The position numbers and the translations under genes are program-made. From Methylovirgula sp. (GTDB lineage: Bacteria; Pseudomonadota; Alphaproteobacteria; Rhizobiales; Beijerinckiaceae): a stretch of DNA of 56,343 nt. The stretch is from positions 1 through 56,343 of the forward strand of contig JAYVYB010000144.1 of the NCBI GenBank assembly GCA_043784625.1, given 5' to 3'. Under the pieces are notes generated by a model that saw only the letters and a list, made by a program, of their open reading frames with translations, was not told the origin of the DNA and did no database searches. Shown here piece by piece: positions 27,668-36,139 of the stretch (the first letter of the stretch is position 1; each line of letters begins with the position of its first letter).

Positions 27668-27693
27668 TATTTCAATCACCAACGAGGTGACAG

Positions 27694-28596
27694 ATGCACG
27701 AGCGGGAAAGATGGCAAATCATACAAGCTCTGCTGCATGAGCGCGGCATCGTGCAGGTGATTGACGCATGTGAGGCCACAGGCGCCTCGCCAGCTTCGGT
27801 GCGGCGCGATTTTGTCAAATTGGCTGATCAAGGCGTAGCACGGCGCGTGCACGGCGGGCTGGAGCTGATCAAGAGCGCCGCCAACGTCAATGGCGACGCG
27901 ATTGCATTGGCCACACGCTCGTTTGAGGCGAGCCAAGCGCAGAATTTTGCCGCCAAGCGCGCCATTGCCCAAGCGGCGGTGAACATGTGCGAAGACGGCG
28001 AAGCCATTATTATCAATGGCGGCACCACAACCTATCAGATGGGAGCGTTTTTGCGCGACCGCAAACTCAAAATCCTCACAAACTCATATCCGCTGGCAAC
28101 CCTGTTGATTTTGGAAAGCCAGTGCCGCGTGGCCCTGCCCGGCGGCGAAGTTTACCGCGAACAAAAACTGATCGTCTCGCCGTTTGAAGACGACTCTATT
28201 CAGCACTACACCGCCAGCCGCATGTTTATGAGCGCCATTTCTGTCGGGCCTCTGGGGCTGGTGGAAGGTGATCCTCTGATTGCCCGCGCTGAAACCAAAT
28301 TGCTGAAGCGCGCCGACAAGCTTATCGTGCTGGCGGACGGCTCAAAGTTTGACATGCGCGGATCCTTGGTGGTGTGCCCGCTCTCCCGCATTGATACGTT
28401 AATCACCGATGCCAGCGCTCCGGCGGAAGCCTTGGAGATGTTGCGCGCTGCTGGCGTCAAAGTGGTGATTTGCCAGGATACAGCTTCCGCAAAGCAAGAC
28501 GCCCCCGCCGCAAAGCAAGATACCCCCGCAAAACAGGGCGCGGGCACAAAAGACAAACAATCACCAGAGATCGTAGGGGCTTCCACGGCCGCCTGA
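27694..28596 (+). CDS. rhaR: DeoR-family transcriptional regulator of rhamnose genes
   Basis: DeoR HTH (ASPASVRRDFVKLADQGVARRVHGG) plus a DeoR C-terminal sensor domain. First gene of the rhaRSTPQUK arm. Carries an unusual K/Q/A/P-rich C-terminal tail. Confidence 0.85.
   Translation: MHERERWQIIQALLHERGIVQVIDACEATGASPASVRRDFVKLADQGVARRVHGGLELIKSAANVNGDAIALATRSFEASQAQNFAAKRAIAQAAVNMCEDGEAIIINGGTTTYQMGAFLRDRKLKILTNSYPLATLLILESQCRVALPGGEVYREQKLIVSPFEDDSIQHYTASRMFMSAISVGPLGLVEGDPLIARAETKLLKRADKLIVLADGSKFDMRGSLVVCPLSRIDTLITDASAPAEALEMLRAAGVKVVICQDTASAKQDAPAAKQDTPAKQGAGTKDKQSPEIVGASTAA
28489..28530 (+). repeat. in-frame imperfect 21-bp tandem duplication in the rhaR 3' end
   Basis: GCAAAGCAAGACGCCCCCGCC (28489-28509) and GCAAAGCAAGATACCCCCGCA (28510-28530) share 18 of 21 nt. 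They encode AKQDAPA and AKQDTPA. Confidence 0.85.
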
Positions 28597-28663
28597 CGGC
28601 ACAAGGGAAGCAAATAACGAGAAAAGCCTGCAATTCAGCGGGCAAATACAGGGAGTAGAAATC

Positions 28664-29671
28664 ATGTTCTCACGTCGTAAACTCATCCAATTGATGGCCG
28701 CAACGGCTTTGGCCGCCGGTGTTGTAACCCCCGCCTTTGCCGCTGATAAAATCCGCGTGGCGCTGGTGGTGAAGGCTCTCGGCATCGGCTTCTTTGACGC
28801 CGTGCGCGATGGTGGCATGGAAGCCGCCAAAGAACTCGGCAATGTCGAAGTGATCTACACCGGCCCGACCAAAACCACTGCCGAAGAGCAAATTGCCGTC
28901 ATTGACGCGCTCATCGCGCAGAAAGTCGACGCCATCGCCATTTCCGCCAATGATCAGGATGCGTTGATCCCGGTCTGCAAAAAGGCCATGTCGCGCGGCA
29001 TTAAGGTGATCTCGTTTGACTCCGGCGTCGGCAAAGACGGTCGCATCATGCACCTGAACCCCTCAAACAACACCCTTATCGGCGCAAAGCTGGTGCAGAT
29101 GATTGCCAAAACCCTGAAGGGCGAAGGCGAAGTCGCCATTCTCTCCGCAACTTCGACAGCGACAAACCAGAACATCTGGATTGAAGAAATGAAGAAGGAA
29201 TGGGCCAAGCCGGAATACGCCAAGATGAAGCTTGTCTCCACCGTTTATGGTGATGACGTGGCTGACAAATCCTATCGCGAAACACAGGGCCTGATTAAAG
29301 CCTTCCCAAATCTGAAGGGCATCGTTGCACCAACATCCGTTGGTATTGTCGCTGCAGCCAAGGCTGTTGCCGATGCCGGATTGACCGGCAAGGTTTATGT
29401 TTCCGGTCTTGGCCTTCCATCTGAAATGAAGGGCGCGGTTTTGGCTGGCGCAACCGACACATTCGCCATCTGGAACCCGATTGATCTGGGATATTCGGCA
29501 GTGAACATTGCGGCGCAGCTTGTGGGCGGCAAAGTCACCGGCGCTCCGGGAACTTCGATCAAGGCGGGCCGCATGGGCGAAATCAAGATCGGTGATGACG
29601 GTTCGGCAGCAATGGCAGACCCGTTCACCTTCGATAAGTCCAACATCGAACAGTTCGCCAAGATTTTCTAA
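28664..29671 (+). CDS. rhaS: rhamnose ABC transporter substrate-binding protein
   Basis: Signal peptide with an RR motif (MFSRRKLIQLMAATALAAGVVTPAFA), then a type I periplasmic sugar-binding fold. Position matches the Rhizobium rha locus. Confidence 0.85.
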   Translation: MFSRRKLIQLMAATALAAGVVTPAFAADKIRVALVVKALGIGFFDAVRDGGMEAAKELGNVEVIYTGPTKTTAEEQIAVIDALIAQKVDAIAISANDQDALIPVCKKAMSRGIKVISFDSGVGKDGRIMHLNPSNNTLIGAKLVQMIAKTLKGEGEVAILSATSTATNQNIWIEEMKKEWAKPEYAKMKLVSTVYGDDVADKSYRETQGLIKAFPNLKGIVAPTSVGIVAAAKAVADAGLTGKVYVSGLGLPSEMKGAVLAGATDTFAIWNPIDLGYSAVNIAAQLVGGKVTGAPGTSIKAGRMGEIKIGDDGSAAMADPFTFDKSNIEQFAKIF

Positions 29672-29700
29672 TCTGATTATCGTCCGGTTGTTGTATCGGG

Positions 29701-29728
29701 CACCCTCTTCCGCAGGCGGGAGAGGGTG
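29701..29728 (+). promoter_or_regulatory. strong intercistronic stem-loop between rhaS and rhaT
   Basis: CACCCTCTTCCG-CAGG-CGGGAGAGGGTG: a 12-bp stem (one G-U pair) with a 4-nt loop, followed by only TT. This is typical of the mRNA-stabilising or partial-terminator hairpin found after SBP genes. Confidence 0.5.
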
Positions 29729-29769
29729 TTCGCACCTTAACTTCACACATCTGCAAACCAGAAGATATC

Positions 29770-31332
29770 ATGGTCGATGCCGCACCGGCGCTTGCGCTAA
29801 CCAACGTTTCCAAAACCTTTCCCGGTGTGCGCGCCTTGCATGAGGTTCAGCTCACATTGCGGGCGGGCGAGGTTATGGCTCTGCTCGGCGAAAACGGAGC
29901 GGGCAAGTCAACGCTGGTCAAAATCCTGACCGGAATTTATACACCCGACGGCGGCACACTCACCGTGGGCGGACATCCGCAAAAATTCACCAAACCCACC
30001 GACGCCTGGGCGGCGGGCATAACCGCCATCCATCAGGAAACTGTGATGTTTGACGAGCTGACCGTGGCCGAAAACATCTTTATGGGCCATATGCCGGTCA
30101 AACGCTGCGGCCTGCGCAAAGGTTTGATTGATTGGCAACGCGCCAACACAGCCGCCGCAGAATTGCTCAAACGACTCGAAGCCGATTTCAGCGCCGACAC
30201 CTTGCTCAAACGCCTTGGCGTCGCACAAAAACATCTGGTCGAAATCGCCCGCGCCCTGTCGCACGACGCGCAGATCATCATCATGGACGAGCCCACCGCC
30301 GCCCTGTCCGAGCGCGAAATTGATGATCTGTTTCGCATCGTTGCCCAACTCAAGGCACAGGGCCGGGCCATTCTGTTTATTTCGCACAAATTCGACGAGA
30401 TTTTCCGCATTGCCGATCGCTGGACCTGTCTGCGCGATGGCGAGTTTGTCGGCAGCGGCGACATCAGCGCCGTAACGCAGGCCGACCTTGTCAAGCTTAT
30501 GGTTGGCCGCCCCATAGATCAGGTTTTCCCCAAGCGCGATGTCACGTTGGGCGATGTGGTGCTGGAAGTGGACGACCTCTCCAATGCCACCGAATTCGAC
30601 GGTGCCTGCTTCACGTTGCGCGCCGGGGAAATTTTGGGCTTTTATGGCCTTGTCGGTGCGGGCCGCTCCGAACTGATGCAGGCGCTGTTTGGGATTACTG
30701 CCGCAACGCGCGGAACCATCAAAATCCATGGCCAGAAAATCGAGCTGAACTCTCCTGACGACGCCATTGCTGCGGGCATAGCTTATGTGCCGGAAGACCG
30801 ACAGGTGCAGGGCACGTTCCAGCCAACCGGCATTCGTGAAAACATCACACTGGCCTCCTTGAGCAAGCACACCCGCAACGCGGTTATTTCCTACAAGGCG
30901 GAGCTTGAAACCACCAAAAGGTTGGGGCAGCGGCTCTCGGTTAAGGCCGCAAGCTGGGAGCAGCGTTTGGGCGATCTTTCCGGTGGCAATCAGCAAAAAG
31001 TTGTTATCGCCAAATGGCTGGCGACAAACCCTAAAATTCTGATTTTGGATGAGCCGACCAAAGGCATCGATATCGGGTCCAAGGCCGCCGTGCATGATTT
31101 TATGGGCGAGCTGGCTTCGGAAGGGCTGGCGATTATTCTCATCTCGTCGGAATTGCCGGAGGTTATGGGCATGTCCGACTCTATTCAGGTGATGCACGCG
31201 GGGCGTTTTGCCAAGCGCTTCAGCCGCGCCGAAGCCACTGCTGAGGGCATCGTCAGCGCCGCCAGCGGTTCTGACGCAAGCGCAGAATTGGTCAGCGCCG
31301 CCAGTCCTCAAACCCGGGATTTCGCACCATGA
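29770..31332 (+). CDS. rhaT: rhamnose ABC transporter ATP-binding protein (duplicated ABC cassette)
   Basis: GENGAGKST, a second cassette LSGGNQQKVVIAKWL, and ILILDEPTKGID. 520 aa. Confidence 0.9.
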   Translation: MVDAAPALALTNVSKTFPGVRALHEVQLTLRAGEVMALLGENGAGKSTLVKILTGIYTPDGGTLTVGGHPQKFTKPTDAWAAGITAIHQETVMFDELTVAENIFMGHMPVKRCGLRKGLIDWQRANTAAAELLKRLEADFSADTLLKRLGVAQKHLVEIARALSHDAQIIIMDEPTAALSEREIDDLFRIVAQLKAQGRAILFISHKFDEIFRIADRWTCLRDGEFVGSGDISAVTQADLVKLMVGRPIDQVFPKRDVTLGDVVLEVDDLSNATEFDGACFTLRAGEILGFYGLVGAGRSELMQALFGITAATRGTIKIHGQKIELNSPDDAIAAGIAYVPEDRQVQGTFQPTGIRENITLASLSKHTRNAVISYKAELETTKRLGQRLSVKAASWEQRLGDLSGGNQQKVVIAKWLATNPKILILDEPTKGIDIGSKAAVHDFMGELASEGLAIILISSELPEVMGMSDSIQVMHAGRFAKRFSRAEATAEGIVSAASGSDASAELVSAASPQTRDFAP

Positions 31333-32348
31333 CGCTCACCCGGCTTCTCGCGCGGCGCGAACTCCTGCTCGCCGCCATCGTCACCGGCCTGATATTGGCG
31401 ATTGGCATCCGCGCGCCGGTGTTTCTCACATCGTCCAGCCTGATCAATGTTGTCACCGACACAAGCTTTTTGTTTATGCTGACGCTGGCGCAGATGGCGA
31501 TTATTTTGACGCGCGGCATTGATCTCTCGGTGGCGGCAAATCTGGCGCTTACCGGCATGATTGTAGCGCTCACCTCGCGCGCCATGCCCGGCCTGCCGCT
31601 GGCGGGCGTTATAGCTGAAGCCATTCTCATCGGCAGCTTGCTGGGTGCCATCAACGGCGCGCTGGTGGCCTTCATAGGCATCCCGCCGATTGTGGTAACT
31701 CTTGGCACGCTTGCCATTTTTCGCGGCGCGATCTTCCTGATTGCCGGGGGCGCGTGGCTCACTTCAAAGGATATGACCGACACGTTTTTGTCGTTCCCGC
31801 GCTTGGTTATTTTGGGAATCCCCAGCCTGATATGGGTTGCGGCGGCGGTGATTGCGGCGCTGTTCATTTTGTTCCGGCACACGCGCTTAGGGCGCGGGCT
31901 TTATGCAGTGGGCGGAAATCCGGTGGCGGCACGCTATTGCGGCATCAACATCCAGCGCCAGCAATTTTTCGTCTACACGCTGGCGGGTGCGGTTTCCGGC
32001 CTGTGCGGCTATTTGTGGGTGTCGCGTTATGGCATCGCCTACACCGATATTGCGCAGGGTTATGAGCTGACCATCATCGCCGCCTGCGTCATTGGCGGCG
32101 TGTCGATTGCCGGTGGCATCGGCTCGGTGTCCGGTGCTTTGCTCGGCGCGCTGTTCTTAGGCGTAATCGTCAATGCTTTGCCGGTGATCGATGTTTCGCC
32201 ATTTTGGCAAATGCTGATCTCCGGCGTTGTTATTCTCGCGGCGGTTATCGTCAATGCCCGCTCGGAAAAGCAGCCCGGCAAGCTTATTCTGCCCGAAGCA
32301 AAAATATCCGCTGGCGGCCAAACCAAAACAGCCGGAGCAAGCGCATGA
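31329..32348 (+). CDS. rhaP: rhamnose ABC transporter permease
   Basis: RbsC/AraH-type polytopic permease. ATGA overlap with rhaT. Confidence 0.85.
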   Translation: MTLTRLLARRELLLAAIVTGLILAIGIRAPVFLTSSSLINVVTDTSFLFMLTLAQMAIILTRGIDLSVAANLALTGMIVALTSRAMPGLPLAGVIAEAILIGSLLGAINGALVAFIGIPPIVVTLGTLAIFRGAIFLIAGGAWLTSKDMTDTFLSFPRLVILGIPSLIWVAAAVIAALFILFRHTRLGRGLYAVGGNPVAARYCGINIQRQQFFVYTLAGAVSGLCGYLWVSRYGIAYTDIAQGYELTIIAACVIGGVSIAGGIGSVSGALLGALFLGVIVNALPVIDVSPFWQMLISGVVILAAVIVNARSEKQPGKLILPEAKISAGGQTKTAGASA

Positions 32349-33358
32349 GCAGCCCGACGCCAACAACCTCGCAACGTTATGCCGTATTAGACCGGCCACC
32401 CGCCACACTTTCGAGCTTTTTCATGCGGTGGGAGGTTATTCTTGTCGGCCTGCTGATTGCGGTTGTGGTGATAAATACGATCATTTCGCCGTATTTTCTC
32501 GATGTTTACAATCTCTCCGACGCGACGTTCAATTTCTCCGAAAAAGCCTTGCTGGCGCTGGCTATGGCGCTGCTGATCATCACCCGCGAGATTGATCTTT
32601 CGGTCGCGGCCATCATCGCCGTATGCTCGCTGTGCATGGGGTTACTGGCAAAAGCTGGCTATGGCCCGATGCCGTTGATTTTCGCCGGATTGCTGGTTGG
32701 CGCGGCTTGCGGTGCGGTGAACGGCTTTCTGGTTACATATTTCAGCCTGCCATCCATTGTGGTCACCATCGGCACCATGTCATTGTTTCGCGGCCTCGCA
32801 CAGGTTGTGCTTGGCGATCAGGCCTTGAGCAAATATCCGGCGGGCTTTTCCGCCATCGGACAAGGCTATATTTTTGACAAAATCCCGCTGCCGATCTCGT
32901 TCGTCGTCTTCTTGGCGGCGGCGGCGGCGTTCGGCTTTATGCTCCACCGCACTGTGTTAGGACGGCGCATTTTCGCCATTGGCCATAATCCAACTGCGGC
33001 GCGCTATTCCGGAGTGCAGGTCGACAAAATCCGATTTGGGCTGTTTGTTCTTATTGGTGTGATGGCGGGCTTGGCCGCAGTGTTGCTAACCGGGCGCATT
33101 GGCTCCACCCGGCCCAATATTGCGCAGGGCTGGGAGCTGGAAGTGGTGACGATGGTTATTCTTGGCGGTGTTTCCATCTCGGGCGGGTCCGGCACAATTC
33201 TGGGCGTCGTGCTCTCGGTTTTGGTGCTCGGCCTCACCACATTCGGCCTGTCACTGGTCAATGTGCCGGGAATTGTTATCAGCATTCTCATCGGCGTATT
33301 GCTGATTGTGGCCATTTCAGCGCCAATTGTCGCCGCCAAATTCAAGAAGAGCCGTTGA
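32345..33358 (+). CDS. rhaQ: rhamnose ABC transporter permease
   Basis: Second RbsC-type permease. The start is set at [10 protein letters not shown] (ATG 32345), overlapping the rhaP TGA. The track ORF begins at 32204, inside rhaP. Confidence 0.85.
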   Translation: MSSPTPTTSQRYAVLDRPPATLSSFFMRWEVILVGLLIAVVVINTIISPYFLDVYNLSDATFNFSEKALLALAMALLIITREIDLSVAAIIAVCSLCMGLLAKAGYGPMPLIFAGLLVGAACGAVNGFLVTYFSLPSIVVTIGTMSLFRGLAQVVLGDQALSKYPAGFSAIGQGYIFDKIPLPISFVVFLAAAAAFGFMLHRTVLGRRIFAIGHNPTAARYSGVQVDKIRFGLFVLIGVMAGLAAVLLTGRIGSTRPNIAQGWELEVVTMVILGGVSISGGSGTILGVVLSVLVLGLTTFGLSLVNVPGIVISILIGVLLIVAISAPIVAAKFKKSR

Positions 33359-33672
33359 TGCAGCGCTACGCTTTTAAAATGTACCTCAACCCCGGCGTGA
33401 AGGCGGAATATCAGCGCCGTCACGATGAAATCTGGCCCGATTTAGTAGCGCTGCTACGCGATGCGGGCGTTACAAATTACTCTATCCATCTGGATGCGGA
33501 AACCAATATCCTGTTCGCCTATCTGGAACGCCGCGACGGCCACACCATGGATGCGTTGGCCTCCGCCCCGGTGATGCGCCTGTGGTGGGACCATATGAAA
33601 GACCTGATGCGGACACATCCCGATGGCGCGCCGGTGGCGGAGCCGCTCTCCGAACTCTTTTTTATGGCTTGA
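33355..33672 (+). CDS. rhaU: L-rhamnose mutarotase
   Basis: 105 aa. [29 protein letters not shown] matches the RhaM/RhaU mutarotase family. ATGA overlap with rhaQ. Confidence 0.9.
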   Translation: MMQRYAFKMYLNPGVKAEYQRRHDEIWPDLVALLRDAGVTNYSIHLDAETNILFAYLERRDGHTMDALASAPVMRLWWDHMKDLMRTHPDGAPVAEPLSELFFMA

Positions 33673-33676
33673 GCCT

Positions 33677-35041
33677 ATGTCCGCCAGCGGCAAAATTGCA
33701 GTTTTGGATATCGGCAAAACCAATATCAAACTGGTTGTTTTTGATCGCGCCGGGCATGTGCTGTGGGAAAAGTCGCAGCCAAACCGGCCCGTGCAAAGCG
33801 GGCTCTATCCGCATGCCGATGTGGAAAAAATCTGGACGTTTTTGCTGGAGGCACTGCGTGAGGCGGCAAGCCGGTTCACACTGGACGTGCTTATTCCCGC
33901 CACACACGGGGCAACCGGGGCGCTGATCGATACGCAGGGCTTGGTTCTCCCCGTTATGGATTATGAATTCGCCGGTTTGAACGACATTGAAGCGCGCTAC
34001 AAAGCCATCCGGCCCGCTTTTAGCGAAACATTCTCGCCGCATCTGCCCACCGGGCTGAACCTTGGCCGCCAGATCGCTTATCAGGCGTGGCACTATCCGC
34101 AACTCTACGCGAACGCGACGCATTTTCTCACCTATCCGCAATATTGGGGCTGGCGGCTGACCGGCGCGCTGGCATCAGACATCACCTCGCTAGGGTGCCA
34201 CACCGATCTTTGGCGTCCCGAAGCGGCAAAGCCATCAACACTGAGTGATGCGCTTGACCTTACGCGCAAGCTGCCGCCGCTTATGTCGAGCTGGGCAACG
34301 CTCGGCACTGTTTTGCCGGACGTGGCCGCGCTGGCCGGAGTGCCGCAAGGCATGAAGGTGCTGTGCGGGATTCACGATTCCAATGCCGCGCTGCTGCCGT
34401 ATCTCATCAGCCGCAACACCCCGTTTACAGTGCTTTCCACCGGAACTTGGGTGATTTTCATGGCCGTCGGGCACAGTCTGGCGCACCTCAACCCTAATGA
34501 CGACATGATGGCGAATATCGATGCCAACGGGCGGCCAACCGCCTGCGCAAGGTTTATGGGCGGGCGTGAATATGCCGAAATTTGCGGCGATTGCAGCGCA
34601 GAGCCCGGCCTTGAGCAGGTACAAGGCCTCATAAACGCCAAGACCTTGGCGCTGCCCGCCTTCAGCCCCCATGGCGGCCCGTTTGCCACCCTGAAGGGCC
34701 ACATTGAGGGCACATTACACACTGAACAGCGCAGCAGCCTTGCCACGCTGTATTGCGCGCTGATGAGCGACCTGATCCTGACGCGGATGGGCGTTGCATC
34801 CGGTGAAATCATTGTCGATGGCAGCTTCGCCCGCAATCAGACGTTTTGCGCCCTATTGGCGCAGCTGCGCCCCGGCCAAAGCCTGTTGCGCGCCACCGAT
34901 CAGGCCGGAACCGCGCGGGGCGCGGCCTTGCTGGCCGATTGGCCACACAAAGAGGTTCAGGTCGAAACGCAAATCGTAACGCCCGCAACGCTGGCTGATT
35001 TGCAAAACTACCGGAACCTTTGGCGCACACGGATAAACTGA
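33677..35041 (+). CDS. rhaK: rhamnose/rhamnulose kinase (FGGY-like, Rhizobium RhaK type)
   Basis: ASKHA-fold phosphate-1 motif VLDIGKTNIKLVVFD. The start is set at MSASGKIAVL (ATG 33677), 5 nt after the rhaU stop. Last gene of the rha arm. Confidence 0.8.
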   Translation: MSASGKIAVLDIGKTNIKLVVFDRAGHVLWEKSQPNRPVQSGLYPHADVEKIWTFLLEALREAASRFTLDVLIPATHGATGALIDTQGLVLPVMDYEFAGLNDIEARYKAIRPAFSETFSPHLPTGLNLGRQIAYQAWHYPQLYANATHFLTYPQYWGWRLTGALASDITSLGCHTDLWRPEAAKPSTLSDALDLTRKLPPLMSSWATLGTVLPDVAALAGVPQGMKVLCGIHDSNAALLPYLISRNTPFTVLSTGTWVIFMAVGHSLAHLNPNDDMMANIDANGRPTACARFMGGREYAEICGDCSAEPGLEQVQGLINAKTLALPAFSPHGGPFATLKGHIEGTLHTEQRSSLATLYCALMSDLILTRMGVASGEIIVDGSFARNQTFCALLAQLRPGQSLLRATDQAGTARGAALLADWPHKEVQVETQIVTPATLADLQNYRNLWRTRIN

Positions 35042-35202
35042 GCGCGCCAACGGTGCGGTTAAAATGAAAGTCTTGATACACCCGTTGCCGCGAACCCTCA
35101 CCGCAAAGGGTTACCCCGTTTCAGATTTGGTATATGGTCAATGGGGGCGGTAAATTTCAGCCCCTTTCCGTCCGGCGCTCACTCAGAAATTTGACCCTAT
35201 CA

Positions 35203-36093
35203 ATGTCCAGCGAACCGCTTTTTGTCCCCAACTCCACCCCGCAAAACATTCTGGAGGTGGTGCGCGCCGCAAGTGCAAACCTGCGCAAATCAGATCGTAA
35301 AGTGGCAGAATTGGTTCTGGCCGATCCCAAACGGGTGGTCGGACTGACCATTGCCGATACCGCGGAAAGTGCGCAGGTGAGCCAGCCGACCGTAATCCGC
35401 TTTTGCGTGGCCATTGGCTGCGCCGGGTTTCAGGATTTCAAGTTGCGGCTCGCGCATAGCTTGGCATTGGGGACATCGGCGACGCATTCGGTTTTGCTTG
35501 AGCAGGACCCGCCCGGTTCCATAATCGAGAAGATATTTGACTATACAATTTCCAGTCTGGATTGGGCCCGCCACCATTTGGACAAGTCTGCAGTGGCCGA
35601 CGCGATTGCTGTCTTGCAGGCGGCGCGCTCCATCGAGTTTTTTGGCTTTGGCGCGTCTGGCATTGTGGCCGCCGATGCCCAGCAAAAGTTTCCCCTGTTT
35701 GGCGTACCCTGCGGCGCGCAAGCGGACTCGCACCAGCAAATCATGACCGCCTCCATGATGAAACAGGGCGACGTTGCTGTTGCCATATCCAACACCGGCA
35801 ACACCCGCTCCATCATCGACGCGGCGAAAACCGCCCGCGAAAACGGCGCAAAAGTCATCGGCATTACCGGCTCAAATTCGCTGCTAGGCCAATATTGCGA
35901 CGTGACTTTGATTGTGGAGACGTTGGACAACACCAATGTTTACACGCCAACAATCTCGCGGATTGCCGCTCTGGTGGTCATAGATATCCTGTCCACCGGC
36001 GTTGCGCTGCGGCGGGGGCAAGCGCACTCCGGACAATTTCAGAAGATGAAAAGCAAGTTGCAGGCTTTGCGAACAGCAGAAGCGCCAGAATAA
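35203..36093 (+). CDS. MurR/RpiR-family transcriptional regulator (HTH + SIS domain)
   Basis: HTH_6 region (LTIADTAESAQVSQPTVIRFCVAIGCAGFQDFK) plus a SIS domain (FFGFGASGIVA...AISNTGNT). The start is set at MSSEPLF (ATG 35203); the longest ORF starts at 35134. Confidence 0.8.
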   Translation: MSSEPLFVPNSTPQNILEVVRAASANLRKSDRKVAELVLADPKRVVGLTIADTAESAQVSQPTVIRFCVAIGCAGFQDFKLRLAHSLALGTSATHSVLLEQDPPGSIIEKIFDYTISSLDWARHHLDKSAVADAIAVLQAARSIEFFGFGASGIVAADAQQKFPLFGVPCGAQADSHQQIMTASMMKQGDVAVAISNTGNTRSIIDAAKTARENGAKVIGITGSNSLLGQYCDVTLIVETLDNTNVYTPTISRIAALVVIDILSTGVALRRGQAHSGQFQKMKSKLQALRTAEAPE

Positions 36094-36123
36094 ACCCGGC
36101 AGACGCGATTGCCTGCCGGGTTT
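36092..36123. terminator. bidirectional rho-independent terminator between rpiR-type gene and ALDH gene
   Basis: AAACCCGGCAG-(10 nt)-CTGCCGGGTTT: a 9-bp GC-rich stem flanked by an A-run and a T-run, lying between two convergent stop codons. Confidence 0.55.
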
Positions 36124-36139
36124 GAGGATTGGTTACCGC

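Noticed and set aside
29908-31311. 467-aa minus-strand ORF antisense to rhaT. Similar long antisense ORFs occur at 22372-23289, 24238-25017, 26116-26898, 16766-17536, 37829-38563, 43017-43832 and 46040-46711.
   Set aside because: Each lies entirely inside a gene with clear family motifs on the other strand. Their translations are Arg/Gly/Ala/Pro-rich with no recognisable motifs. This is the usual stop-codon-poor antisense frame of GC-rich DNA.
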